A DNA stretch of 64,000 nt from Gaiellales bacterium. Lineage in GTDB: Bacteria; Actinomycetota; Thermoleophilia; Gaiellales; F1-60-MAGs149. This document shows, one piece after another, positions 17,790 through 26,757 of this stretch (positions are counted from its first letter, which is position 1; each line of letters opens with the position of its first letter). Made by a program: the position numbers and the translations under genes. The stretch is from positions 2,547 through 66,546 of the forward strand of contig JBCKBR010000003.1 of assembly GCA_038911065.1 (NCBI GenBank), read 5' to 3'. Below the pieces are notes generated by a model, which was given only the letters and a program-made list of their open reading frames with translations, made no database searches and had not been told where the DNA came from.

Positions 17790-18213
17790 AGTTAGCCACA
17801 CGCAGGTCCCCACTACGCCGTAGCAAGCGCAACCGGTGTGCGATCGCTAAGGCGAGGACGCCGAGGCCGACGAGTCCAAGAATTGGTTGGATTGGAGCAA
17901 ACCACGTCAGCGCGCCTGACGCACCGATCGCCAGCACGACCAACTGGTTGCAGGTCGGGCAGCCCACGGCAAGAAAGGTGAGACCCGACCCGACGATCCC
18001 GCTGCGTGTCGCCGGTCGGCAACTCGATGGTCTCGGGATCGCCACGAGGATGCCGACGAGGATGGCTGAGGCAATCGCGACCGGCCAATCCCACCACGTA
18101 ATTGGTGTCATCCGCGAGAAAAGCGGATTCGCAATCAGAGACGTTGGGATCGAGATCGCGAGTAGGGCGAAGACCGCAACCCCAATACCGATACCAAGCT
18201 GGCGAGCATGCAT
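17788..18213 (-). CDS. Hypothetical integral membrane protein with intramembrane CPTC motif
   Basis: 141 aa with about 4 predicted TM helices. GCPTCNQLVV lies within a hydrophobic stretch. Starts 3 nt after the rnd stop on the same strand. Confidence 0.55.
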   Translation of the reverse strand: MHARQLGIGIGVAVFALLAISIPTSLIANPLFSRMTPITWWDWPVAIASAILVGILVAIPRPSSCRPATRSGIVGSGLTFLAVGCPTCNQLVVLAIGASGALTWFAPIQPILGLVGLGVLALAIAHRLRLLRRSGDLRVAN

Positions 18214-18215
18214 GC

Positions 18216-19400
18216 TCAGCGATCCTCGATACGGAGGAATGGGGCAGTCTGGTTGAGCGACAAGCTAATCTTGCCCGCCACGAGTCGCACGAGGTCGTCA
18301 CCCAGCAACTCCTTGCGCCAGCCTTGGCCAAGCGGTAGTGCTGCCAGGTCCTCACCGGCGACGACGGCTTCGAGAAAACGATCAAGGCTCTCACGGTTCG
18401 CCACTAACTCGGGCGCGAGGTCTGCGTCGATGCAGCGGATCCGCGCCATCGGTACGGCCAAGGTGGCGACGGCATCGACCTGCTTGGCGATGGTCTGGGG
18501 CACCGAGCGCTCCGCCGGCGGCGGTGTCCGTTCGAGTCCACGTCCAACGGCTTCCAAGAGGTCTGCACCATCGCGCTCACCGAGACCCTTGCCGATGCCA
18601 CGGATCTGCTGCAGGTCCTCCATCGTGCGGGGTGCGGCTCGCGCGATCTCAACGAGCGTGGGATCTTTCATAATCCAGCTCGAAGGCTGGTCGCGGCGTC
18701 GAGCCGATTGCTCGCGCCATGCAGCTACATCGATCAGGACGGCCTGTGCCTGCGGTGCTAGTCGTCCCCGGCGCTGGACCTTACGCCAGGCGCGGTCCGG
18801 GTCGCCTCCGGCCGCATCGGGGTTGCAGAAGCGGCGCTCAATCTCGGCTTGCGCCCAGTCGGCGCGACCACGTTTGGCGAGCGACACGCGGAGCTCGGCG
18901 ACAAGTGGTACGAGGTAGCGCACGTCGTCGGCAGCATAGAGCGTCTGCGTGTCCTTGAGGGGGCGCCGGCTCCAATCCGAGAACGTCTCATTGTGGTTGA
19001 GTCGAACCTTTAAGACAGCTTCGAGTAGGCGGTCGAGGCTCGCGTTCGCGGTCAGACCGACGAACCCCGCCGCGATCTGCGTGTCGAAGACGTTGGCGGG
19101 GACCGAGCCGAAGTGCAGGCCGAAGGCGATCAGGTCGGCCGACGGTGCGTGCATCAGTTTCTCGACAGACGGGTCGGCGATCAGCTCGCCAAGCGGTGCC
19201 AGCGGTGCGCCGGCGATCGGATCGATCAGCCAGATCTGATCACCAACCGCCAGCTGAGCGAGGCACAGTTGGGGCGCGTACGTCTTCTCCCAGAGGAACT
19301 CGGTATCGAGTGAGCAGCTGCCTGCGGTGCGGGCAGCAGCAAGGACGACGGCGACGCCACTCGCGTCAGTGACGATATGTGGCATCTCCAGCACCGGCAT
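18216..19400 (-). CDS. rnd: Ribonuclease D
   Basis: 394 aa. DEDDy exonuclease motifs LDTEF, HAPSADL and YAADDVRYL. C-terminal HRDC-like region. Confidence 0.85.
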   Translation of the reverse strand: MPVLEMPHIVTDASGVAVVLAAARTAGSCSLDTEFLWEKTYAPQLCLAQLAVGDQIWLIDPIAGAPLAPLGELIADPSVEKLMHAPSADLIAFGLHFGSVPANVFDTQIAAGFVGLTANASLDRLLEAVLKVRLNHNETFSDWSRRPLKDTQTLYAADDVRYLVPLVAELRVSLAKRGRADWAQAEIERRFCNPDAAGGDPDRAWRKVQRRGRLAPQAQAVLIDVAAWREQSARRRDQPSSWIMKDPTLVEIARAAPRTMEDLQQIRGIGKGLGERDGADLLEAVGRGLERTPPPAERSVPQTIAKQVDAVATLAVPMARIRCIDADLAPELVANRESLDRFLEAVVAGEDLAALPLGQGWRKELLGDDLVRLVAGKISLSLNQTAPFLRIEDR

Positions 19401-19441
19401 AGCCTACCGCTCATCCCGACAGCGGCGGTATCCTGCGACAC

Positions 19442-20551
19442 ATGGGCGTACCACTGATGGACTTGCGTGGCCAATGGGAGCCGCATCACGATGCGATCAC
19501 CGCCGCCGTTACTGAGGTGATTAGGAGTGGAGTCTTTATTCTCGGGCCGAACGTCAAGGCGTTTGAGGCCGAGACGGCTGCCGACCTCGGCGTTGGCTAC
19601 GCCGTCGGTGTGGCGAATGGCACCGATGCGCTGATCCTTGCACTGCGCGCCTACGAGATTGGCGTGGGCGACGAGGTCATCTGCCCGGCCTACACCTTCT
19701 ACGCCACGCCCGAATCGATTGCTGCTGTGGGAGCGACGCCCGTCTTCGCGGATATCAATCCCGATACGCTCCAACTGGATCCCGCAGCCGTCGAGGCAGC
19801 GGTTACCGATCAGACGCGCGCGATCATGGCGGTGCATCTCTTCGGCCATCCAGCGCCAATGCGCGAGCTGCGCGAGATCGCCGATCGCAAGCAGTTGGTC
19901 TTGATCGAGGATGCGGCGCAGGCCTATGGCGCGTCGCTCGACGGCAACCGTTGCGGCGCGCTTGGCGATATTGCAGCGTTCTCGTTTTTTCCGACGAAGA
20001 ATCTCGGTGGTTTTGGCGATGGTGGACTGGTCACGACGAACGACGAGGCGATTGCGGATCGCATTCGTGAGTTGCGCTTCCACGGATCGAAGGACAAGCG
20101 CACCTTTACCCAGATCGGGATGAACTCGCGGCTCGACGAGCTCCAAGCCGCGATCTTGCGTGTGCTGCTGCCAGAGCTGGCGGGCTGGAATGCGGCGCGG
20201 CGGGCTGTTGCCGATCGTTATGCCGCACTGGGTCTCGACCGCTTCGTGCAACTCCCTGGGATCGCGCCTGGTGCCGAGCCGATCTATCACCTGTACGTCG
20301 CGCGCTGCGCGGATCGCGGTGCCGTGCAGGCGGCACTCAAGTCGGGCGAGGTCGCATCAGTCGTCTATTACGACGTGCCGCATCACCTCCAGCCGGTCTT
20401 TGCGCAGCTTGGCTACAGCGTCGGCAGCCTGCCCGAGACCGAGCGTGCGGCACGCGAGTGTCTGGCGCTACCGATGTACCCGACGCTCTCGGAGGCGGAG
20501 CAGGCGATCGCTGTCGACGCTCTCGAGGCGTCGCTCGTGCCGACCGCCTGA
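19442..20551 (+). CDS. DegT/DnrJ/EryC1/StrS-family PLP-dependent sugar aminotransferase
   Basis: 369 aa. FILGPNVKAFEAE, GTDALILAL, and FSFFPTKNLGGFGDGG containing the PLP Lys. Confidence 0.88.
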   Translation: MGVPLMDLRGQWEPHHDAITAAVTEVIRSGVFILGPNVKAFEAETAADLGVGYAVGVANGTDALILALRAYEIGVGDEVICPAYTFYATPESIAAVGATPVFADINPDTLQLDPAAVEAAVTDQTRAIMAVHLFGHPAPMRELREIADRKQLVLIEDAAQAYGASLDGNRCGALGDIAAFSFFPTKNLGGFGDGGLVTTNDEAIADRIRELRFHGSKDKRTFTQIGMNSRLDELQAAILRVLLPELAGWNAARRAVADRYAALGLDRFVQLPGIAPGAEPIYHLYVARCADRGAVQAALKSGEVASVVYYDVPHHLQPVFAQLGYSVGSLPETERAARECLALPMYPTLSEAEQAIAVDALEASLVPTA

Positions 20552-20560
20552 GCCTGCGCG

Positions 20561-21568
20561 ATGCGCGTCTGGATCGACCTCACCAACGCGCCGCACGTGC
20601 CGGTGATGGCGCCGATCGTGCGCGTCCTCGAGGCGCGCGGTGACACGGTCGAGTTGACGGCGCGACCGTATGGGCAGACAGTGGAGCTCGCGGCGATGCA
20701 CGGTCTGCGTGTGGAGGAGATCGGCGCCCACGGTGGCCGTTCGCGCTTCGGTAAGGGCCGTGCTGCGGTGGGGCGTGTGCGTGCGCTGCGGCGGTGGGCG
20801 CAGGGGCGCGGCTTCGATGTCGGTCTCGCGCACGGCTCGACGGATCAGCCTGTGGTTGGTCGGCTGCTCGGTATCCCAACGGTGACGATGTTCGATTATG
20901 AGGGCGCCAAACTGCAGCATGGCGTCAATTGCCGTCTGGCATCGCGTGTGCTGGTGCCCGACGCAATCCCGGTGGCTGCGATCACTGCGCATGGGGCGCG
21001 TGCGGCGAATGTGGTGCGCTTCCCGGGACTCAAGGAGGAGTACGCGCTGTTTGGTTTTGTAGCCGACCCGAGTGTGCGCGATGCGCTTGGTGTGCGTCCC
21101 GACGCCTTGTTGGCAGTCATGCGGCCGCCGCCGGAGCTCGCGTTGTATCACCGCACAGACAACCCACTGTTTGATCAGGTGCTCACCGCTCTGTCTGCCG
21201 ACCAGCGTGTCGATCAGGTCGTCTTGCCACGGACCATCGAGCAGGCAGTGGCGATACGTGCTCTCAAGCTGCCACGGGTGATCGTCCCTGAGCGCGCTGT
21301 CGATGCTCGCAGTCTGGTCGCGACTGCCGACCTTGTGATCTCGGCGGGGGGGACGATGAATCGCGAGGCCGTGGTGTTGGGGACGCCTGTCTGGACATCG
21401 TTTGCCGGCACGCTTGGCGCGGTCGACAAGGCGTTGATTGCCGACGGGCGTCTGCGACAACTTGCGCGGGTGGATCAGCTCGTAATCGCGCCGCGTGGGC
21501 CTTCTGCGGCGGCAACGTTGCGTGATCCCGCGCTCCTCGTCGAGCTCGCGTTCGATCGGCTCTGCTGA
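20561..21568 (+). CDS. DUF354-family protein (glycosyltransferase/epimerase-like fold)
   Basis: 335 aa. The N-terminus MRVWIDLTNAPHVPVMAPIVRVLEARGDTVELTARPYGQTVELAAMHGL matches the DUF354 pattern as I recall it. Confidence 0.65.
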   Translation: MRVWIDLTNAPHVPVMAPIVRVLEARGDTVELTARPYGQTVELAAMHGLRVEEIGAHGGRSRFGKGRAAVGRVRALRRWAQGRGFDVGLAHGSTDQPVVGRLLGIPTVTMFDYEGAKLQHGVNCRLASRVLVPDAIPVAAITAHGARAANVVRFPGLKEEYALFGFVADPSVRDALGVRPDALLAVMRPPPELALYHRTDNPLFDQVLTALSADQRVDQVVLPRTIEQAVAIRALKLPRVIVPERAVDARSLVATADLVISAGGTMNREAVVLGTPVWTSFAGTLGAVDKALIADGRLRQLARVDQLVIAPRGPSAAATLRDPALLVELAFDRLC

Positions 21569-21662
21569 TCACCAAATCCGCACCAACGGTGTCGCAATGC
21601 GCAACTGGGTCGGTTGCGTGACCTGCCTGGCGCACCGTGTAGAGCCATTCCGACCGTTCGTC

Positions 21663-21694
21663 CGGACATGATGGGCCCGGGCCCATCATGTCCG
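21663..21694. repeat. Family B palindromic repeat (copy 1)
   Basis: CGGACATGATGGGCCCGGGCCCATCATGTCCG is a perfect 32-nt palindrome. The same core occurs at 43903-43940, and a degenerate copy at 44085-44118. Confidence 0.85.
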
Positions 21695-21729
21695 CGGCTG
21701 CGGGGAACGCAGGGGAATCGCCGGGCACC

Positions 21730-21735
21730 TATAAT
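21730..21735 (+). promoter_or_regulatory. Candidate -10 box (TATAAT) upstream of the CapD-like gene
   Basis: Exact TATAAT in an otherwise GC-rich spacer. No convincing -35 box at 17-nt spacing. Confidence 0.3.
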
Positions 21736-21737
21736 GA

Positions 21738-23630
21738 TTGCTGATATGTGTCGTCCCACCAGCGATTCCTGATATGCGTCTGCCCTCCTGGCATCGACTT
21801 GGTCACTTGGCTGCGGATGCTGCGGTGGCTGCGACGGCCTGGTGGTTAGCGTTCGAGGTGCGTTTCGAGATGGTGCCGATCTGGGCCGGCACGCTGCGCT
21901 GGGCAACGCTGCCCTGGGTCGTGCTGTTGACGGTTGCCGTGTTCGTGATCAATGGGCTGTACGTCCGCTGGTGGCGGTACGTATCGCTGCGCGATGTGCG
22001 GCTCTTGGTGCGCGCCTCCTTGATTGCGGTTGTTGTAGTGGCGCTCTTCACCAACTTGTTCCCACCCGTCGCTGCCACCCCGCCACGTGGCGTACTCGTG
22101 ATCTTTGGTCTCCTGCTCCTGCTTGGCACGGTCGGTGTGCGCGCGATTGCGCGCACGATTCTTGAGGGTCGTGGCACGTTGTTTCCGCGAGGACGCGAGG
22201 TACTGGTAGTTGGTGCAGGCGATGCGGGCTCGGTGATCGTGCGTGAGATGCTTGCCAATCGCGCCTTGCGGATGACTCCGATTCGCCTCTGCGACGACGA
22301 TCCACGCAAGCAAGGCATGCGCCTGCATGGCGTCAAAGTCGATGGCACGACCCATCAATTGGCGGCGATTCTGAAGGATTCACCGCCGGATGAGGTCGTG
22401 ATTGCTATGCCTGGCGCGGACGGTACTGCGCGTCAACGGGTCGTCGAAGCCTGTCGGCGTGCCGGCGTGCCGGTCAAGACGCTGCCCGGTCTCTACGACT
22501 TGCTCGATGGCGATCCGGCTCTGCTGCGTCGGCTCCGCGAAGTGCAGGTCGAAGACATTCTCGGTCGCCCGCCCGTCAACCTCGATCTGGCCTCGATGGG
22601 TGGGTATCTCGTTGGTAAGTCCGTCGTTGTGACGGGTGCGGGTGGCTCGATTGGTTCCGAGCTTGTGCGGCAAATCAGTCGATTATCGCCCGCGCGACTG
22701 ACGCTGATCGACCACGCCGAAGACAACCTCTTCGAAATCGACCAGTGGTTACGCGAACACGACATCACAAACGTCGTTGCCTGTGTTGCCGACGTCAAAG
22801 ACGTCGATCGGATGCGCAAGATCCTCGCCGCAGCCGCACCGAGTGTGATCTTCCACGCAGCCGCGTACAAGCATGTGCCGCTGATGGAAGCCAACCCGTT
22901 TAGTGCGCTGCGTAACAATGCGCTTGCCACGCGCTCGCTCGCCGAGCTTGCTGCGGCCCAGGGCGTCGAGCGATTTGTGCTCGTCTCGACCGACAAAGCC
23001 GTTATCTCGGAGACTGCGATGGGTGCCTCGAAGGCGCTCTGTGAGTACGTCGTCGAAGCCGAAGCGCAACAACACCCGGGCACACGCTTTATCGCTGTGC
23101 GCTTCGGCAACGTGCTCGGTTCGTCGGGTTCTGTGATACCGACTTTTCGTCGACAGATCCTGGATGGTGGCCCGGTCACCGTTACCGATCCGGAGATGAC
23201 ACGCTTCTTTATGACGATCCCCGAAGCCGTGCAGCTAATCGTGCAGGCTGGTGGAGTGGGCCAGTCGGGCGACGTCTTCGTGCTCGACATGGGTGATCCG
23301 GTTCGGATCTGGGATCTCGCGCACGACATGGTGCGGCTGATGGGGCGCGAGCCCGGCAAGGACATCGAGATCTCGGTCATCGGTCGCCGCCCGGGTGAGC
23401 AATTGCACGAGCGCCTGTTTGCCGACGACGAGTCGGTCGAGCGCACACACCACGACAAACTGATGCGCGCACGCCGTGGACGCATCGATGCGGACTGGCT
23501 CAGCACACGCCTCGACGAGATCGATGCCGCGCTCGCGCGTGGCGCTGACGATGAGGCACTGGAGCTCTATTTCGACGCTGCCCAGTCACCGTTGCGCGAG
23601 ACCGTGGCGACACCCAGGGTGACGGACTAG
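21738..23630 (+). CDS. Membrane-anchored nucleotide-sugar 4,6-dehydratase (CapD/PglF/WbpM family)
   Basis: 630-aa ORF with four N-terminal TM helices. Rossmann motif VTGAGGSIGSEL and Polysacc_synt_2-type blocks (FHAAAYKHVPLME, VLVSTDKAV). The start is ambiguous: TTG 21738 or ATG 21774. Confidence 0.88.
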   Translation: MLICVVPPAIPDMRLPSWHRLGHLAADAAVAATAWWLAFEVRFEMVPIWAGTLRWATLPWVVLLTVAVFVINGLYVRWWRYVSLRDVRLLVRASLIAVVVVALFTNLFPPVAATPPRGVLVIFGLLLLLGTVGVRAIARTILEGRGTLFPRGREVLVVGAGDAGSVIVREMLANRALRMTPIRLCDDDPRKQGMRLHGVKVDGTTHQLAAILKDSPPDEVVIAMPGADGTARQRVVEACRRAGVPVKTLPGLYDLLDGDPALLRRLREVQVEDILGRPPVNLDLASMGGYLVGKSVVVTGAGGSIGSELVRQISRLSPARLTLIDHAEDNLFEIDQWLREHDITNVVACVADVKDVDRMRKILAAAAPSVIFHAAAYKHVPLMEANPFSALRNNALATRSLAELAAAQGVERFVLVSTDKAVISETAMGASKALCEYVVEAEAQQHPGTRFIAVRFGNVLGSSGSVIPTFRRQILDGGPVTVTDPEMTRFFMTIPEAVQLIVQAGGVGQSGDVFVLDMGDPVRIWDLAHDMVRLMGREPGKDIEISVIGRRPGEQLHERLFADDESVERTHHDKLMRARRGRIDADWLSTRLDEIDAALARGADDEALELYFDAAQSPLRETVATPRVTD

Positions 23631-23632
23631 CT

Positions 23633-24583
23633 GTGGATACCAAGCAACTTACCGCCCTCGTCGCTGTTGTGGATCGCTCCAGCTTCTCGCAGGCCGCCGA
23701 ACAACTTGGCGTGACACAACCCGCAGTGTCGCTGGCAATTCGCTCGCTCGAGAAACGCCTCGGCTGCCAGTTGATTGATCGTTCTGGTCGTGTCGTAGAG
23801 CCGACCGAGGCCGGGCAGGTGGCGTATCGCCACGCGCAGCGCGTGCTCGCTGCAGAGCGCGATCTTTTTCGAAGTCTCGAGGATGAGGGGGACGACCTCT
23901 CGGGCCATCTGATCGTTGGCGCTTCGACGGGTCCAGGCGAACGTGTTTTGCCTGCACTGCTCGGTGCCTTTCATCGCGAGAATCCAGAAGTGGTCGTGTC
24001 GCTGCGCGTTGATGACACGGAGACAATCGTGGATCGCGTACTTGATCGCCAGTTAGAGTTCGGCATTGTTGGCGCCGAGCGGACACATCGCTCGCTCGTT
24101 TTCGAGCCGTTTCTTCGTGACGAAGTCGTGCTCGTCGTGCCGGTCGATCACCCGTTCGCGGGGAAACAGATCACGATGGATGATCTACTCCGCGAACCCC
24201 TCGTCGTCCAGCAGGAGGGCGCCGGGGTCCGCACCGTCATCGAACGCGAACTACGTGCCCAAGGGGTGCGTATCCGCGATCTCAACATTGTCGCCGAACT
24301 CGGATTGCAAGAATCGGCGAAATCGGCTGTTGAGGCGGGGCTGGGGATCACGTTTCTCTCGAGGCTTGCTGTGGAGCGCGAACTTGATCAGGGATGGCTC
24401 GCATCCGCGACGGTCGAGGGTCTCGCGGCTGGGCGCCTGTTCTACTCCGTCCGCAGTGCCGCCCGGACACCGAGCCGGTTGGTGGCATCGTTTGTTGCCT
24501 TCTCGCGACTCTCGCTGGGCGAGCGTGCGGTCTTTCCGGATGAGGTGCGCGAGCGCCCGATCCGCGGCGGTCGTGTCGGCTAG
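23633..24583 (+). CDS. LysR-family transcriptional regulator
   Basis: 316 aa. HTH LTALVAVVDRSSFSQAAEQLGVTQPAVSLAIRSLEKRLG and a LysR substrate-binding domain. GTG start lies 3 nt after the dehydratase stop. Confidence 0.9.
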   Translation: MDTKQLTALVAVVDRSSFSQAAEQLGVTQPAVSLAIRSLEKRLGCQLIDRSGRVVEPTEAGQVAYRHAQRVLAAERDLFRSLEDEGDDLSGHLIVGASTGPGERVLPALLGAFHRENPEVVVSLRVDDTETIVDRVLDRQLEFGIVGAERTHRSLVFEPFLRDEVVLVVPVDHPFAGKQITMDDLLREPLVVQQEGAGVRTVIERELRAQGVRIRDLNIVAELGLQESAKSAVEAGLGITFLSRLAVERELDQGWLASATVEGLAAGRLFYSVRSAARTPSRLVASFVAFSRLSLGERAVFPDEVRERPIRGGRVG

Positions 24584-24590
24584 CAAGGAC

Positions 24591-24720
24591 TTCGTGATGG
24601 GGGGCGGACGCCACAACCCCGCGGATGTGAGGTCCGCCCCCACGCACAACCACGCTCGGCAGACGGTTTGGGGGCGGATCTCACATCCGCGGGGTTGTGG
24701 CGTCCGCCCCCCATCACGAA
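24591..24720. repeat. Family A palindromic element, archetype copy
   Basis: 51-nt arms (24591-24641 and 24670-24720) are complementary at 50 of 51 positions. The 28-nt loop contains CAACCACGCTCGGCAGACGGTTT. Confidence 0.9.
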
Positions 24721-24771
24721 ATCCTCGCCAGTCGCGCCTCACGCTTTCGCCTGCCGCTACCCTCTCCAGCA

Positions 24772-26757
24772 ATGCCTGAAGTCGTCGCCTTCGATGCTGA
24801 TGTCATCGGTCGTCATCGGACGGGTGATGAGACGGTGGCCACTGGGTTGCTGACTGCGCTGGCAGCGCGCGATGACCTGCCGTTCTCGGTGATCGCGTAT
24901 GTGCGTGACCCATCACTGGTTTCGGAGGCGATTACTGCCTCCGGCGTGGTCCATCCGGTCGCTGTCCGGGTGGGCTCGAACTACCGCCGTGTGGCGGTTA
25001 GCCTGCCGGCGCGCCTCCGGGCCGACCGTCCTGCGCTCTACCACGGCAACTATGTGCTGCCGCCGGGTCTTAGCTGTCCCGGCGTGGTCACAGTCCACGA
25101 CTCGTCGTATCACTTCGCACCCGAGTTGATGCCGCGTGCCGACGCACTCGCTTTTGGCCGCTTCGTACCCTGGTCGATTCGTCGTGCCGCACGCGTCGTG
25201 ACTGTTTCGGAGCACGCGCGACGCGACGTTCTCGCATCGGTGGCTGGCCTCGATCCCACCCACGTCGTGACGATTCCGAATGGCGTCTCGAGTGCGTATG
25301 CGCCCGACCCGACTGCGGCAGAACGCGTCCGTGCGCGTCACGGCATCGAGCCCGGCTACGTGCTCTTTATCGGCGCATTACAACCACGTAAGAACCTGTT
25401 GCGTCTGCTCGAGGCGTACGCGCGTGTCCGCGATGGACGCGTCGACATGCCACCGCTCGTGCTCGTTGGCAACGCGAAGCAGGACGAGCACGATCTCGCC
25501 GAGCACATTGCGACGCTTGGTCTCTCCCGCGTCGTGCACCGGATTGGCTACGTGGCGGGGGAGGAGGCACTGCGCGACCTCTATTGCGCGGCCAGCGTCT
25601 TCGCTTTTCCATCGCTCTACGAAGGCTTCGGTTTGCCCGTAGCCGAAGCAATGGCCTGCGGTACACCGGTATTGACGGCCGACACGACAGCGCTGCCGGA
25701 GGTCGCGGGCGGAGCCGCAGTGCTCGTCGATCCACTCTCCATCAGCGCTATTGCGGACGGGTTGGCGCGGCTCCTCGACGATCGGGCACTCCGCGAGCGG
25801 TGCAGCACAGCCGGCATTACCCGCGCGGGAGAACTGACGTGGAAGGGGGCAGCTGATCGCCTCGTCGAGGTCTGGCAGGACGTCATCGCCGAGTCGCCGC
25901 AGCCGCAGCGCAGCGTGCGTCGCGTGGCAGCGGGCCCGCCGGCAGCGGTCGTTGCGGCGCTCACCTCGACCGGGCAGGCGGACGACCTCCCAGCTGCGAT
26001 CGCCGGTCTGCGGCAGCAGGGGCTCGCTGACCGACTGACGATCGTGGTCGTGGCGAATCGTCCCGGCGATGGCACGGTCGAGTTAGTCGAGGCGAGTTAT
26101 CCCGACTGCATCCTCGTGCAGCAGCAGGAGACACGCTCGTACGCGGAAAACCAAGCAGTCGCGTTTGCGGCGGCACCCGGCGACTACCTCGCGATCGTCA
26201 ACCCCGACGCGATCGCTCAACTCGATTGCCTGTCCACGCTCGTGCGCTTCATGGAGCAGCACCCACGCTGCGGGCTGGTTGCGCCAACACTGCGCAATCT
26301 CGACGGCTCGTACCAGGAGGCCGCGCGCCGCTTTCCTGAGCCACTCGGCTCGATTTTGCGCCGCACACCACTACGGCGGGTGTTGTCCCCCGCACGCTTC
26401 GCCGCCGACCACTACCTCGGCGAGCCCACCGCCCCGCGCATGATCGACTGGTCATTGGGTGCGTTTTTGTTGATCCGGCGCGCCGCGTGGGATGACGTAG
26501 GCGGCTTCGACGAGGCCTTCGCGCCACTCTATGTCGAGGAGATCGAGCTGCAGTGGCGTCTCTGGCAGCGTGGTTGGGAAATCTGGCAGGAGCCGGCTGC
26601 CGAAGTCGTCCACGCGCATCAGGCGGCCTCCGATGCGGCCTTTATTGACAAGCGAACGATCTGGCATTTGCGTAATGTCGGGCGCTTCATTTGGCGCCAC
26701 CCAACGGTACTCAGAGGCCAGAGTCCTGGTCTCGCACCATCACAGCAGGGCGACTAG
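24772..26757 (+). CDS. Bifunctional glycosyltransferase (N-terminal GT4 domain fused to C-terminal GT2 domain)
   Basis: GT4 part: FIGALQPRKN, FAFPSLYEGFGLPVAEAMACGTPV. GT2 part: IVVVANRPGDGT...AENQAVAFAAAPGDYLAIVNPD...EEIELQWR. Start taken at ATG 24772; the ORF opens at 24697 inside the repeat. Confidence 0.85.
   Translation: MPEVVAFDADVIGRHRTGDETVATGLLTALAARDDLPFSVIAYVRDPSLVSEAITASGVVHPVAVRVGSNYRRVAVSLPARLRADRPALYHGNYVLPPGLSCPGVVTVHDSSYHFAPELMPRADALAFGRFVPWSIRRAARVVTVSEHARRDVLASVAGLDPTHVVTIPNGVSSAYAPDPTAAERVRARHGIEPGYVLFIGALQPRKNLLRLLEAYARVRDGRVDMPPLVLVGNAKQDEHDLAEHIATLGLSRVVHRIGYVAGEEALRDLYCAASVFAFPSLYEGFGLPVAEAMACGTPVLTADTTALPEVAGGAAVLVDPLSISAIADGLARLLDDRALRERCSTAGITRAGELTWKGAADRLVEVWQDVIAESPQPQRSVRRVAAGPPAAVVAALTSTGQADDLPAAIAGLRQQGLADRLTIVVVANRPGDGTVELVEASYPDCILVQQQETRSYAENQAVAFAAAPGDYLAIVNPDAIAQLDCLSTLVRFMEQHPRCGLVAPTLRNLDGSYQEAARRFPEPLGSILRRTPLRRVLSPARFAADHYLGEPTAPRMIDWSLGAFLLIRRAAWDDVGGFDEAFAPLYVEEIELQWRLWQRGWEIWQEPAAEVVHAHQAASDAAFIDKRTIWHLRNVGRFIWRHPTVLRGQSPGLAPSQQGD

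Noticed and set aside
24697-24771. Upstream extension of the glycosyltransferase ORF
   Set aside because: The extension is encoded by the right arm of the family A palindrome (which translates as MASAPHHEIL...). The GT4 homology begins at ATG 24772.
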